This document shows positions 54,001 to 64,000 of a stretch of DNA of 64,000 nucleotides, in pieces. The translations under genes and the position numbers were made by a program. This DNA comes from Octopus sinensis (taxonomy: Eukaryota). The notes under the pieces were generated by a model, which did not search any database, was not told where the DNA came from, and saw nothing but the letters and a program-made list of their open reading frames with translations. The stretch is taken from assembly GCF_006345805.1 (NCBI RefSeq), contig NC_043006.1, positions 90,210,001 to 90,274,000 on the forward strand, written 5' to 3'. Positions within the stretch are counted from its first letter, which is position 1. The number at the start of each line of letters is the position of its first letter.

Positions 54001-55463
54001 TTTCTTCACATAACTCTGGGCTGCCTTTTTCTACTTCTCTCCAGTTAGACCCCTACCTTTTCAGTCTCTCTTCTACCACCTCTTTTGTGGGTTCCATCCC
54101 TATTTGCACTTCAGACATATGTTTTGCTGAAGGAAGGCCTTTCTCCCCAGCTCTGGGTTCTGAATCGTCAGTGAGGTATCTAAAACTTTTCCTTTTCTTG
54201 GTAGAGATGCTGGTCCAACACGAACTCATTTTACCTCTAGGAAGAGGTGGTCCCAATTAGTGGAGGCTTGTGCTAAAGTAAATACTAACGTTCCAAAGAG
54301 GAACGTGTTGTTTACAGCTACTAAGACATGTCTTTGAAGCAGAACCAAAACAAATAAATATCAACAGTCTCTCTCATCTCTTGTCTACATGAGAGCGGTT
54401 CCACATTAAGGTGCAGGCATGGGCAAGGTTTTATAAAAGAACAGAAGTTCTCTATACATTTAAGACTCCTACATTCCACATGAATGATGTGTCCAAAGGG
54501 AAGACCAATGTTGTTTGGTACCATTATTGTTGCAGGTGCTGCCCTTTAGAACATAAAGACTCAAAAGAGATACCATGAGACATCCCATCCAATGTTCTGT
54601 TGGTACTGCCAGTACACAACCTCCAACTCACATCTTCTTTTATTGATCCCGAAATGATGACAAGCAAATTCGGCCTCAGCAGTATTTGAACTCAGAGTAC
54701 AAACAACCAGAACAAGTGCTGCAAGGTGTTGTACCTAAATAATTCTAACATCTGAATCGGTGGTACATGCACCCCCACACATACATTCAATCACACATAT
54801 AAAGAGTTAGAATGGAGGTTGATAAGGAAAACGAACAAAAAAGAACTAGAAAGAATTTTACAAAGAGAACCAAGATGAAAGTATTAGCACCATATTGTTT
54901 GGTAAAAATCCTGAAAGTTTCAAGGTAATACACTGTTGTTTATTCCTTTAATGAATGATGCTATGATGATGATGGTAGGAGGTGGTGGTGGTGGTAGGAG
55001 TGATGATGATGATGGCAATGGTAATGAGGAAGACAATGATTTCAGCTATCAACAGTACTTTGAAAGATAAAGTTGCCAAACCAAATAATAATAATAATAA
55101 CAACAACAACAATAATAATAATTAATTCTTTTATTGGCCACAAGGGCTGACAAAAATTAATTATAACATAAAGGGACAAAACAGGACGAAAGGTTACAAA
55201 GGGTTTTGTCCGTTTGTAAAAAACCGTGCAAAAACAGTGTAACAACGAAAAATTATAACAACGAAAAACTCCCAATAGGGGGAGGCGTTACGAAAGGTTC
55301 CTGGTGGAAAAATCCATAAAAGCCACGGGAGCCTGGTCAAAAGGTGGGTACAGAGCCCCTTTCTCCTTTTGTAATACCTTTTTCATACAGGTGTATCCTC
55401 AGAATGGCTCCTTTCATACTGGCCATTCTTGCGACATTTATCCACCTTTCAGTAAACTTGCTA

Positions 55464-57805
55464 TCAGACAGCACTTCCCTCTCTACTCTCACCTTCCTTT
55501 TCAAGCGAAACTTGAAAAAGTTGATGAGGCCTGGGCCAAAGAGGAAAGTGTCTGACCTTAGCCCTTTGAAACGGGTTCACCATACCACCTCTTTCACTAC
55601 AGCCACTAGGCACAGGAAAAAGGCCTTGCCCTCCTTGGTTAAAGGAGGTCGGCGAGGCAATCTTCACTATGGATTCAGCTGATAGCCAGATCTGTCCTAT
55701 ACGCGACAGTAGCTGTTCGACATAAACCCATAGTTCAGCAATACTCGGACACTGGACGAGCGCGTGGAGAACGGTTTCGTCGTCCTGGCAGCATCTCGGG
55801 CAGGTTCGGCTGACGGCACTTTTGTGCCGATAGAGTTTATCTCGAACAAGCAGAGCCCCTCGGTAGCACTGCCAGGCGAGGGACCTCTGGAAATGATCCA
55901 TTGGCCCTGGCCCGAAAGTTCTTCCAAACAGACTGCTCAGCTCGTTATCGTCAACGCCTAGAGTTTCCCCAAGAACGTCGTCACACTTTTCTTCCACTAA
56001 CCCTCTACAGAACGCTAGAGTGGAAGCACTACCGATCGCATTGCCCGCCTGGCGGAGAGCTTGACGGCACTTGAGGTGACAAGCGCCCTTTCTCGGTCTG
56101 CGTTTGAACCAGATTTGCAGCTCTGTCAAAGAGATGAGCTGCGGAAAGTCGCGTCTGACAAAAGACGACCACATTTGATCACCGTCTAGGAAACGCTTGA
56201 GATGTCATAGCCTGAGCACATGTCTGCGCATCAGCAACCACGGCATGCCAAGGCCTCCATTCAGCGGTGGTTGACAGCAGATGGATCGCCTGACCAGTGG
56301 TACCTGACCCTTCCACAAAAAGTCAAAGAGCAAGCATACCAGCTTGGCCAACCAGCGGTTGGGACAAGGGACGACGGTCAAGCGGTAAAGGATGACGGAT
56401 GCGATGTACGCATTCGCCACCTCCGCTCGACCTTTCAAAGACAGCTTCCTTTCGGCCCATTTCTGGGTGAGATTGGCCACTCTGCTCGTCACTTCTTCCC
56501 AGATTTTTATCCACCTGGAGGTCCGGACCGAACCAGACCCTGGGCAGTTTAACGGGCCCGTCTGTCCAGCACCCTATGACGCTGTTGGATGGCATGGGCT
56601 TGCTTCTCCAGGTGCCCAGTTGCAAGCCCACAGACTTTTCCGCGTTAATCTTTGCCCCTGTCACCACTTCATACTCGTTTAGTGTCTCGCCAATCAGGCC
56701 AATGTGCCTGTGGCTCGACACCATCATGGTGACATCGTCAGCATAGGCAGACATGCTGTTTCCACCTCCTAGATCACGCGGGATACCCCTCAAAGCCTCC
56801 AACTTGTGCAGTAATGGCTCTAGAGTCAATACGTACAAGAGGGAGGAGAGAGGGCATCCTTGGCGAACTGAACGCGAGATGTCAAACGGCACCGAAAGGT
56901 GACCGTTCACCCGTATCACTGAGCAGATGTTGCTGTACAAAGCAGCGATCCACCCACGGAAGACTGGACTGAAACCGGCTGCCTTGAAAACAGCTGCCAG
57001 GTATCGATGGTCGACCCTATCGAAGGCTTTACTCTGATCTAAATTGATCAAAGCTCCAGTAGCTGGGTCTCTGTCTATGTAGCCTATCTAAGTCAACCGT
57101 ACAGATCACGAATTTGTGGTCCGTGTAATCGACTAGGTGGAATTGTGGACACCCTATGCTGTCCTTATCCGCTGGCCTACAGAACACTCTATCTAAGTAC
57201 GATCTAGACGACCTGATGCGATTAGTCCAAGTCCACATTGGCACATTCGGGTTGTCTAGTTAAAACCTGTCAGACAGCTGAAAGCGCCTGAGCAGGTTGG
57301 CAAGGCTCTTGCACCCCCCTCTCTTATCAGAAGCTCCCGTGCCCACCTGATCGAAACGTTCATCTAAGACAGCGTTCCAAACCCCAACTAGCACTAGAGT
57401 GCGTGACATTCCTAAGAAAACTTCCAAACGCTTGAAATAATCGGACTGCCCTGCTCCTGTCGGAGCGCAGGCAGCCAGCAGTCTCAAAGCACTGCCATCA
57501 CTACCATCTACGTCGAGGACCACCAACTTACCTTCTGGATCCAGGAAGAATGTCCTTATTTTCAAATCCAGGCCCTTCCGAAACAACACCGCAGTACCAC
57601 TACCGTCCGCTCCTGGCCGACATGGAGATAGAAAAATCTCATATCCACCGAAAAGGGCCGCGAGTTCCTGCGGGTCGGAGAGCCTGGTTTCACTAATGGC
57701 TGCTACATCCACGCTGTGAGACCTCAGGTCATTTAACAGGTGGCCCTGTTTCCAAGGTGACCCAAGGCCTCTCACATTTAAGCAACCTATTCTGAGTTTA
57801 GCCAT
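55464..57805 (-). pseudogene. LINE ORF2 remnant: APE endonuclease, RT, C-terminal zinc finger
   Basis: CLNVRGL, SETR, GVWNAVLD, LDR, TDH; LDQSKAFDRVDH, SVRQGCPLS, YADD; CPRC..ETVLHALVQC; several frameshifts. Confidence 0.88.
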
Positions 57806-57838
57806 GTTTTTTTAAAAGGTCAGAAGGAGCAAAAGGCT

Positions 57839-59063
57839 CTACTTACTGTTGTTTCGTGAGGTGGTTCCCTTGTGCTTTTGCACAGGTGTTTCCACCAAGT
57901 TTTTATATAGTTTTTGGGAGAAATTTCTCCCTAGTGACCCAACATTGTTAGGGAATTTCTCCTTGATTACGTTATATATAGTTTTATTTATTTTTATTGT
58001 AAGAATGTGTGCTGGTGGTGTATTGTGCATTGGTATAATAAAGTCTGAGTACTTCGTGTCTGTGTTTTCTTTTATGTATGATACAAGTTGTTTGTTTTTC
58101 GTGTTTATTGCTGTAATGGTGTCTGTGTGTGTTGGTGTGTGTGGCAGTAATGGTGGCGAAAATGTTGTTGTTTGTTGTTGTGAGTGCATGTTACTGTTGT
58201 TGATTTGAGGAAGCTCTATTTGTTCATGCTTCCCCTCTGTGTTTTGTGTGTCTTTTTGTTTTTTGCGTCTTTTCTTTTTGGGTGGCACCGTTTGTCACTC
58301 CCCTTTCTCGCTATCAGTTCTCACACAATCCAAGCTTACCTGATCCGGAAAGGGGACATTTGTCGGGTCTGTTTCAAAAGTTTGGCGAAAATCATTATTG
58401 TTTGTGGGAAACAGTGATGTTGCTGCGTGGTCCGTGTTGGTGTTGGTTTGGTGATGGCTGGAGGTGGTGTTGCTCTTCGTGGATGGTGTTGGTGGTGTGG
58501 CAACCTTTGGTGTTTCAGGCTATTGTTGTTTCTGTTGTTGTTGTTGCTGCTGCTGCTGTCTCTTACCTTCTGCCTCTATTCTTTTCTTGTAAATGGGGCA
58601 GTCCCTCTTCAGATGGCTTTCACTGCTGCAGACGTAGCACTTTGTCCTTCGACCCTCTACAGCAACGTGCAATCTGGTGCCGTCCGGCAAATTTACAGAA
58701 TCTGGAATTGTGTTTATATTTTCTTGCTGAATTTGTGCCAGGAGCTGCATTCCCATTCCTGACCTGTTCTTCTTCTTTAATCTCCATACATCCAGAATAG
58801 TGGCAGTGTCCTCTATGTCGTAGAGGACAGCTGCCACCAGCCAAGATATATCAAGCTCAGGCGGTACCTGGTCGATTTTGATTTTCGTTACTCGCCGACC
58901 AAGGTAAGTCGGCACGAGTAACAAATTATCTGCTTGTAATGTTTGGATGGCATGCTTTTTTGCTTCCTCCTCTGTTAGGAAGCGAACTTCTATGGTTCCA
59001 AACCGCTTTCCCTTAGTTACATAGCTCTTTTGGCCCCATATGGGCTTCAGAGCTATTTCCAGC
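57839..59063 (-). pseudogene. LINE ORF1 remnant with CCHC zinc knuckle
   Basis: PTYLGRRVTKIKIDQVPPEL..VEGRRTKCYVCSSESHLKRDCP, poly-Q; broken by stops and frameshifts. Confidence 0.75.
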
Positions 59064-59100
59064 TATGAATAAAATGTTTAGCTTAAAACATGGAAACTCA

Positions 59101-59494
59101 TCTATATATATAAAAGTGAGGTTGTGTGGTGTCTGTCTTCTACAATTTAGATTCCTAACTACTTCCACATTTTGCGGTGCAGTTTAACCAAAAGCGGGTA
59201 TCTTATAATCGTGATTCATATCGAGCCCTTCTGGGTATTAGCGCACGTCTACGATGAGTCTACGATTTAAAAAAAATTTACCATCATTTTTTTCCATTTT
59301 TAATGCATTTTTGGCATAAGGGAAGTAACTCTCTAAAAATGTATTATTAAATCTCAGAACGTAAAAAAGCTACAGTAACACCCCCCCCTTTTGTGGTTAG
59401 CCATATTGAGATGGCTATTATACTTTACATCTCTAAAAATGCTTATATAGTTATTTCCCTTACAAACCCGAGCAACGCCGGGCGATACTGCTAG
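59101..59494 (+). mobile_element. non-autonomous Helitron
   Basis: A|TCTATATATATAAAAG start; subterminal hairpin CCCGAGC-AAC-GCCGGG; CTAG|T end; inserted between A and T without a TSD. Confidence 0.82.
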
Positions 59495-60415
59495 TTCAAA
59501 ATAATTTAATTCCATTGATTTCCTGTAAAGAGGTTTCAATAACATTTTATTACATTAATGATAAAGTCACACACAATTCTTAAAAAAGCAAAAAAAAACA
59601 TAAACAAGGAGATCTGAAGTCTTTGTTTTGTAAAAGTTGGGTTTTTTTTTTTTCCTTTTGGCAAAAAGAAACACAAGCAAAATCCAAACAATGGAATGTC
59701 CTTCTAAAGACAAACAACAACAAGAAACCAACAGACTTCCTCTACTAATAAAACAACCTGAAAAATGTGGAATTCTCTCTTTGTTTCATTTCACTCGGTT
59801 TGCTTTATTAACTCCAGGAGTAGATAATTTAATGCAGTGAATCGTGTAAAACACAAAATATATTTTTCTCATATGGCTCAAAGTATGACTAAGAGCTCTC
59901 CCTCTCTCTCTATCTCTCTCTGTTCAGAAAGAATGATGATGATGATGATATATATATATATATATTTATATATGCATAAACAAACATGTAAACATATATA
60001 TATATTAACAAGTACACACAGACACACACATATATGTATGTATATTATTTATCCTGCGAAGATGTGAACAGAAGAATAATTGAAATAAGATCCAGCCTGC
60101 TTGTTTTCCAGTGTGAACTGGTGTAGAACACACAATGAACATTGCTAAAAGGAAGCTATCCTACTGGACAAGACAAAGAAGTTTGACAGCCAGAATGGTT
60201 TTCTTTGAATAGATTAAAGACACAAAGCAAATATGTAAACAAACAAATAGATAATAAATAATGGTAAAGAAAATATGAAATGTAGCTGAATTCTCAGACA
60301 GCTGTGCTAAAAGAACTGGAACAGAAACAAACATAAATGATGTAACACTGATACATGGAACTTTCTAGATCAGATTTATCTGATAGCTTCACTTTATGTG
60401 TGTGTGCATGTATAC

Positions 60416-60470
<55 letters not shown>

Positions 60471-60530
60471 AAACATTATTGGTGAATTGAAGAAATGGAG
60501 CTGAACGCAGATTGAACAGAAATCGTTTTA

Positions 60531-60619
60531 TTTCATTCTACACGTGTTTCGAAAGGCACAAATTACCAAAATCCGATTGAATAATGGGACCATATTGTGT
60601 CTTTCTCTTCAGGAAGAAA
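60531..60619 (-). ncRNA. type I hammerhead ribozyme (copy 1)
   Basis: Minus strand TTTCtTTC-like stem I, CTGAAGA, GAAAGaCACAA..TTGTGcCTTTC, GAAACACGTGTA, GAATGAAA; canonical core with G10.1-C11.1, palindromic stem III ACACGTGT, GUA site. Confidence 0.78.
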
Positions 60620-60849
60620 AAAGGAAATCCGCTGGAAAAACAAAAACAGAACAGAGGCTGAGCAAAAACAAATCGAACTATGCTCCTAAGAGCCCATGGC
60701 GAAACTGTTTATCCGCACCAACGCACGGTTGCAACGCCAGATGGTTGTACCTCCAACCGTGCTGTTTACTGCTGTGATTTTTGCTACTAAGGTATCGGTT
60801 AACTTTTGATTAATCTACTACAAGATTATTCATCTTTCTATTTCACATA

Positions 60850-60886
<37 letters not shown>

Positions 60887-60939
60887 ATATATATTACATA
60901 CACATATATATATGTATACACACACACACACATATATGT

Positions 60940-60990
<51 letters not shown>

Positions 60991-61087
60991 TGCACACACA
61001 CACCACATATATATATATATATATATAAAACATTATTGGTGAATTGAAGAAATGGAGCTGAACGCAGATTGAACAGAAATCGTTTTA

Positions 61088-61176
61088 TTTCATTCTACAC
61101 GTGTTTCGAAAGGCACAAATTACCAAAATCCGATTGAATAATGGGACCATATTGTGTCTTTCTCTTCAGGAAGAAA
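61088..61176 (-). ncRNA. type I hammerhead ribozyme (copy 2)
   Basis: Duplicate of 60531-60619. Confidence 0.75.
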
Positions 61177-61412
61177 AAAGGAAATCCGCTGGAAAAACAA
61201 AAACAGAACAGAGGCTGAGCAAAAACAAATCGAACTATGCTCCTAAGAGCCCATGGCGAAACTGTTTATCCGCACCAACGCACGGTTGCAACGCCAGATG
61301 GTTGTACCTCCAACCGTGCTGTTTACTGCTGTGATTTTTGCTACTAAGGTATCGGTTAACTTTTGATTAATCTACTACAAGATTATTCATCTTTCTATTT
61401 CACATAATATAT

Positions 61413-61454
<42 letters not shown>

Positions 61455-61493
61455 CACATATATATATGTATACACACACACACACATATATGT

Positions 61494-61548
<55 letters not shown>

Positions 61549-61599
61549 TGCACACACACACCACATATATATATATATATATATATATATGTATACATA

Positions 61600-62212
61600 T
61601 GGTTCTCTGCGATCTGAGATTCTACCACCCGAAGATCAAATCCAGTGACATCTCTCCAGCCCATCCATTTGACACTATGCATCTTCATAACACAGACTGG
61701 GATGCGTTCAATCATGATCTTTCACAAGTTGATTGGATCTTCACACACACCCACCCTTAAATATGAACACATCATGGCAGACATTTGTAGAAACGGCGAC
61801 AAATATATGCACAAAACATACTCCATTAAGATCAGTATACAAATCTAAGCGCAGAATCCCAAGAAATAGAAGAGCAATTATCAGAAAAATAAAAAGAATT
61901 AAAAAGAAAATCAACCAACTTAAATTCTGCCAGCAGCCATGCACCCATTTGACTGCCATTGCATCACTCGAATAGAAAAAACACGACCTCCAAAAAAGTC
62001 TGATGACCATCATTAAGAGACAAAGAGTAGCTGAGGAGAGTTTGGACCATTGAGAAAATAAAACTCAATTCCAAAATGTTCTTTTCATTTGCAATAAAAA
62101 AATAAAGACGCTGTTTCCACTGTTGGTCCTCTGGTTGACTAGAACAACACTCTACATGATGGTGCAAAATCCATGTGCAAGATACTGCAGAGACATTACT
62201 GCTCTGTCTTCT
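61600..62212 (+). pseudogene. CR1-group LINE ORF2 linker fragment (between APE and RT)
   Basis: [50 protein letters not shown]. Confidence 0.6.
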
Positions 62213-62356
62213 ATATAAAGAGCTTGAGACAAACTCCTACAAGAAAAGCATGAACAAGTAGAAGATTCGAAAGGGATGCGATTCTGGGAATGAGGGACTG
62301 AATACAGGGATTCAAAAGAGGCATGAACTAACTTTTAGGTGCGATCATCTGAATAA

Positions 62357-62456
<100 letters not shown>

Positions 62457-62694
62457 TGTATGTACACACACACATCCACGCTGTTATCAAGAAAAACATA
62501 TTTGTTAACACCAGGTATCTCTTTTGCACTTGTCCTTTTCCATGTATCTCAAAATACTATTGCACTTACATCAGAATTCTCACAAACTGATAAATTAATT
62601 ACGAAGCACCCCTTTCTTTATTATTGCAGGGGATAGCTGCAGGTTTTGGATTTAGCTTAACCAGCAAACACTGCCTGCCGTATACAACATACAA

Positions 62695-62772
62695 ATGGAA
62701 ACAGCTTTGATAATAATGATTCTGTCAGCAGCATGTTGTTCACAGTATTTCACAGCAGCTGCAGCCAACCGA
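62695..62772 (+). CDS. candidate first coding exon encoding a signal peptide
   Basis: Acceptor CCTTTCTTTATTATTGCAG|62630, ATG at 62695, METALIIMILSAACCSQYFTAAAANR, donor CGA|GTAAGT at phase 0; non-repeat sequence. Confidence 0.5.
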
Positions 62773-63618
62773 GTAAGTAATCATAGTCGTACACCCATTA
62801 CTAGCACAAACAGTTATACTTATCACGTACAGGGGCACCTTGTGAAAAGAAAGAAAAACAAAAAAACTAAAAACGATTAACAATCTATTCTTACACACTC
62901 TTTATCCTATTGTATTGCTATAACAGATTTAAAGAATTCTACACTCTCTAGAATTTAAGAATTTAAAACACACACACACACACACACAATATATATGTAT
63001 ATATATATATATATATACACATATATATATTTGCAGATGCACTCACACAAATATTTCTGCATCAATGCATGTATAGTTGTGTGTGTGTGTGTATGAGATG
63101 TCCTATTCTCTTACTTTTTGTGGTGTGGATGTCTAATGCACACACTTGAGTGTGTGCATGTGAAAGCATGCACACACATATGTGTATATCATCATCATCA
63201 TCATCATTTAACATCCATTTTCCACGCTGGATGGGTTGGACAGTTTGACAAGAGCTGGCCACCAGCTGGAGTGCTGCATCAGGCTCCAATTGTCTGTCGG
63301 CTGTGGTTCCTGTGACCCTTCCTAAGGCCAAATTAGATTTATGTCTTATTTTTGTTCAAAGTCTTTTGTTGTTGTTTTTCTTGCCTTGCATACCACAAAA
63401 ACAAAAACAAAAGGGGTCATGACTATTTTACTCCTTAAATAAAGCAACAGACTCTGATAAAAGAAAGTGATAAATACAAGGAGACTTGAAGAAGAAAGGG
63501 AAAATTAACAGAAACAATAGGAGATTTGCAGAAGCTTTCAGATAAGAAACACTTTTCCTGCAAATCTATTTTAATCCATTGAAGGTAATTCCTTCTACCA
63601 CTTGAAACTTTATTTTAG

Positions 63619-63681
63619 CGGTGGCCATACTATTTTACAAAATCTTCAGTCAGTAAAGCAGTGGAATCCGACATTTGTAAG
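63619..63681 (+). CDS. candidate 63-nt internal exon (phase 0-0)
   Basis: AAACTTTATTTTAG|RWPYYFTKSSVSKAVESDICK|AAG-GTAAAG; in frame with the preceding candidate exon. Confidence 0.3.
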
Positions 63682-63725
63682 GTAAAGTATATTATTTTTC
63701 CACTTAAATATTCATTGAGAAATTA

Positions 63726-64000
63726 TTGGGTTGTCTGGAAAGTTTGTGCTGATTTTTAAAGGAAAGAAAAAGATCAATAAATACTTGCCATTACATTTTT
63801 AATAAACCAAATATGAACCCTTTTGTTGCACAATGCATCTCCATCTTTCCTTTAACTTGAAAATAATCGCTTCCCAGAATTGAGGTGGTTTCATGGCAAA
63901 GAATTCATCAAGGTATCTTTTTATGTCATCCAAGGAATTGAAATTTTAACCATTAAGACTATTCTGCAGGGACATGAATAAGTGGAAATCCGAAGGAGCA
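63726..64000 (-). mobile_element. mariner transposon fossil (3' end, runs off the window)
   Basis: APSDFHLFMSLQNSLNG..FNSLDDIK.YLDEFFAMKPPQFWE..ERWRCI; TA followed by a TIR-like TTGGGTTGTCTGGAAAGTTTGTGCTGATTTTT. Confidence 0.75.

Larger units (their letters stand above)
55085..59063 (-). mobile_element. Tx1/L1-clade LINE, 5'-truncated and internally deleted
   Basis: ORF1 remnant, APE, RT and C-terminal zinc finger in order; AATAAA at ~55129-55134 then (TAT/TGT)n tail. Confidence 0.88.
60420..61590. repeat. 557-bp tandem duplication of a hammerhead-bearing element plus flanking microsatellite
   Basis: 60470-60850 is apparently identical to 61027-61407 (identical ORF translations at 60544 and 61101). 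Confidence 0.9.

Noticed and set aside
53952-54260. 102-aa and 67-aa overlapping ORFs
   Set aside because: No recognisable domain or splice context; possibly a decayed LINE ORF1 fragment

Overview
AT-rich, repeat-saturated animal DNA with long (TA)n/(TACA)n/(CA)n tracts and a 100-N scaffold gap. The SINE/LINE repertoire resembles coleoid cephalopod (Octopus-like) genomes, which is an inference. There is no intact long host ORF; most listed ORFs are microsatellite translations or antisense shadows. Retroelements: two decayed Penelope-like elements (PLEs; one RT+GIY-YIG, one 5'-truncated with inverted pseudo-LTRs), several RTE-clade LINE pieces with a PHD finger in ORF2 and (GAT)n tails, a CR1-group LINE, a Tx1/L1-clade LINE, an RLE-type LINE fossil and several tRNA-derived SINE families. 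DNA elements: three mariner fossils, a non-autonomous Helitron and a TTAA-flanked MITE. The most striking hidden signal is a set of type I hammerhead ribozyme folds (CUGANGA...GAAA...NUH, mostly with a tiny palindromic stem III) in about seven unrelated small elements. Two carry the compensatory U3-A8 core variant. One sits in a 365-nt retrozyme-like unit, and one (degenerate) sits in a tRNA-headed, TSD-flanked element that looks like a PLE-dependent SINE. Two phase-compatible candidate exons near the right end may begin a secreted host protein. All folds were read by eye and none was computed.
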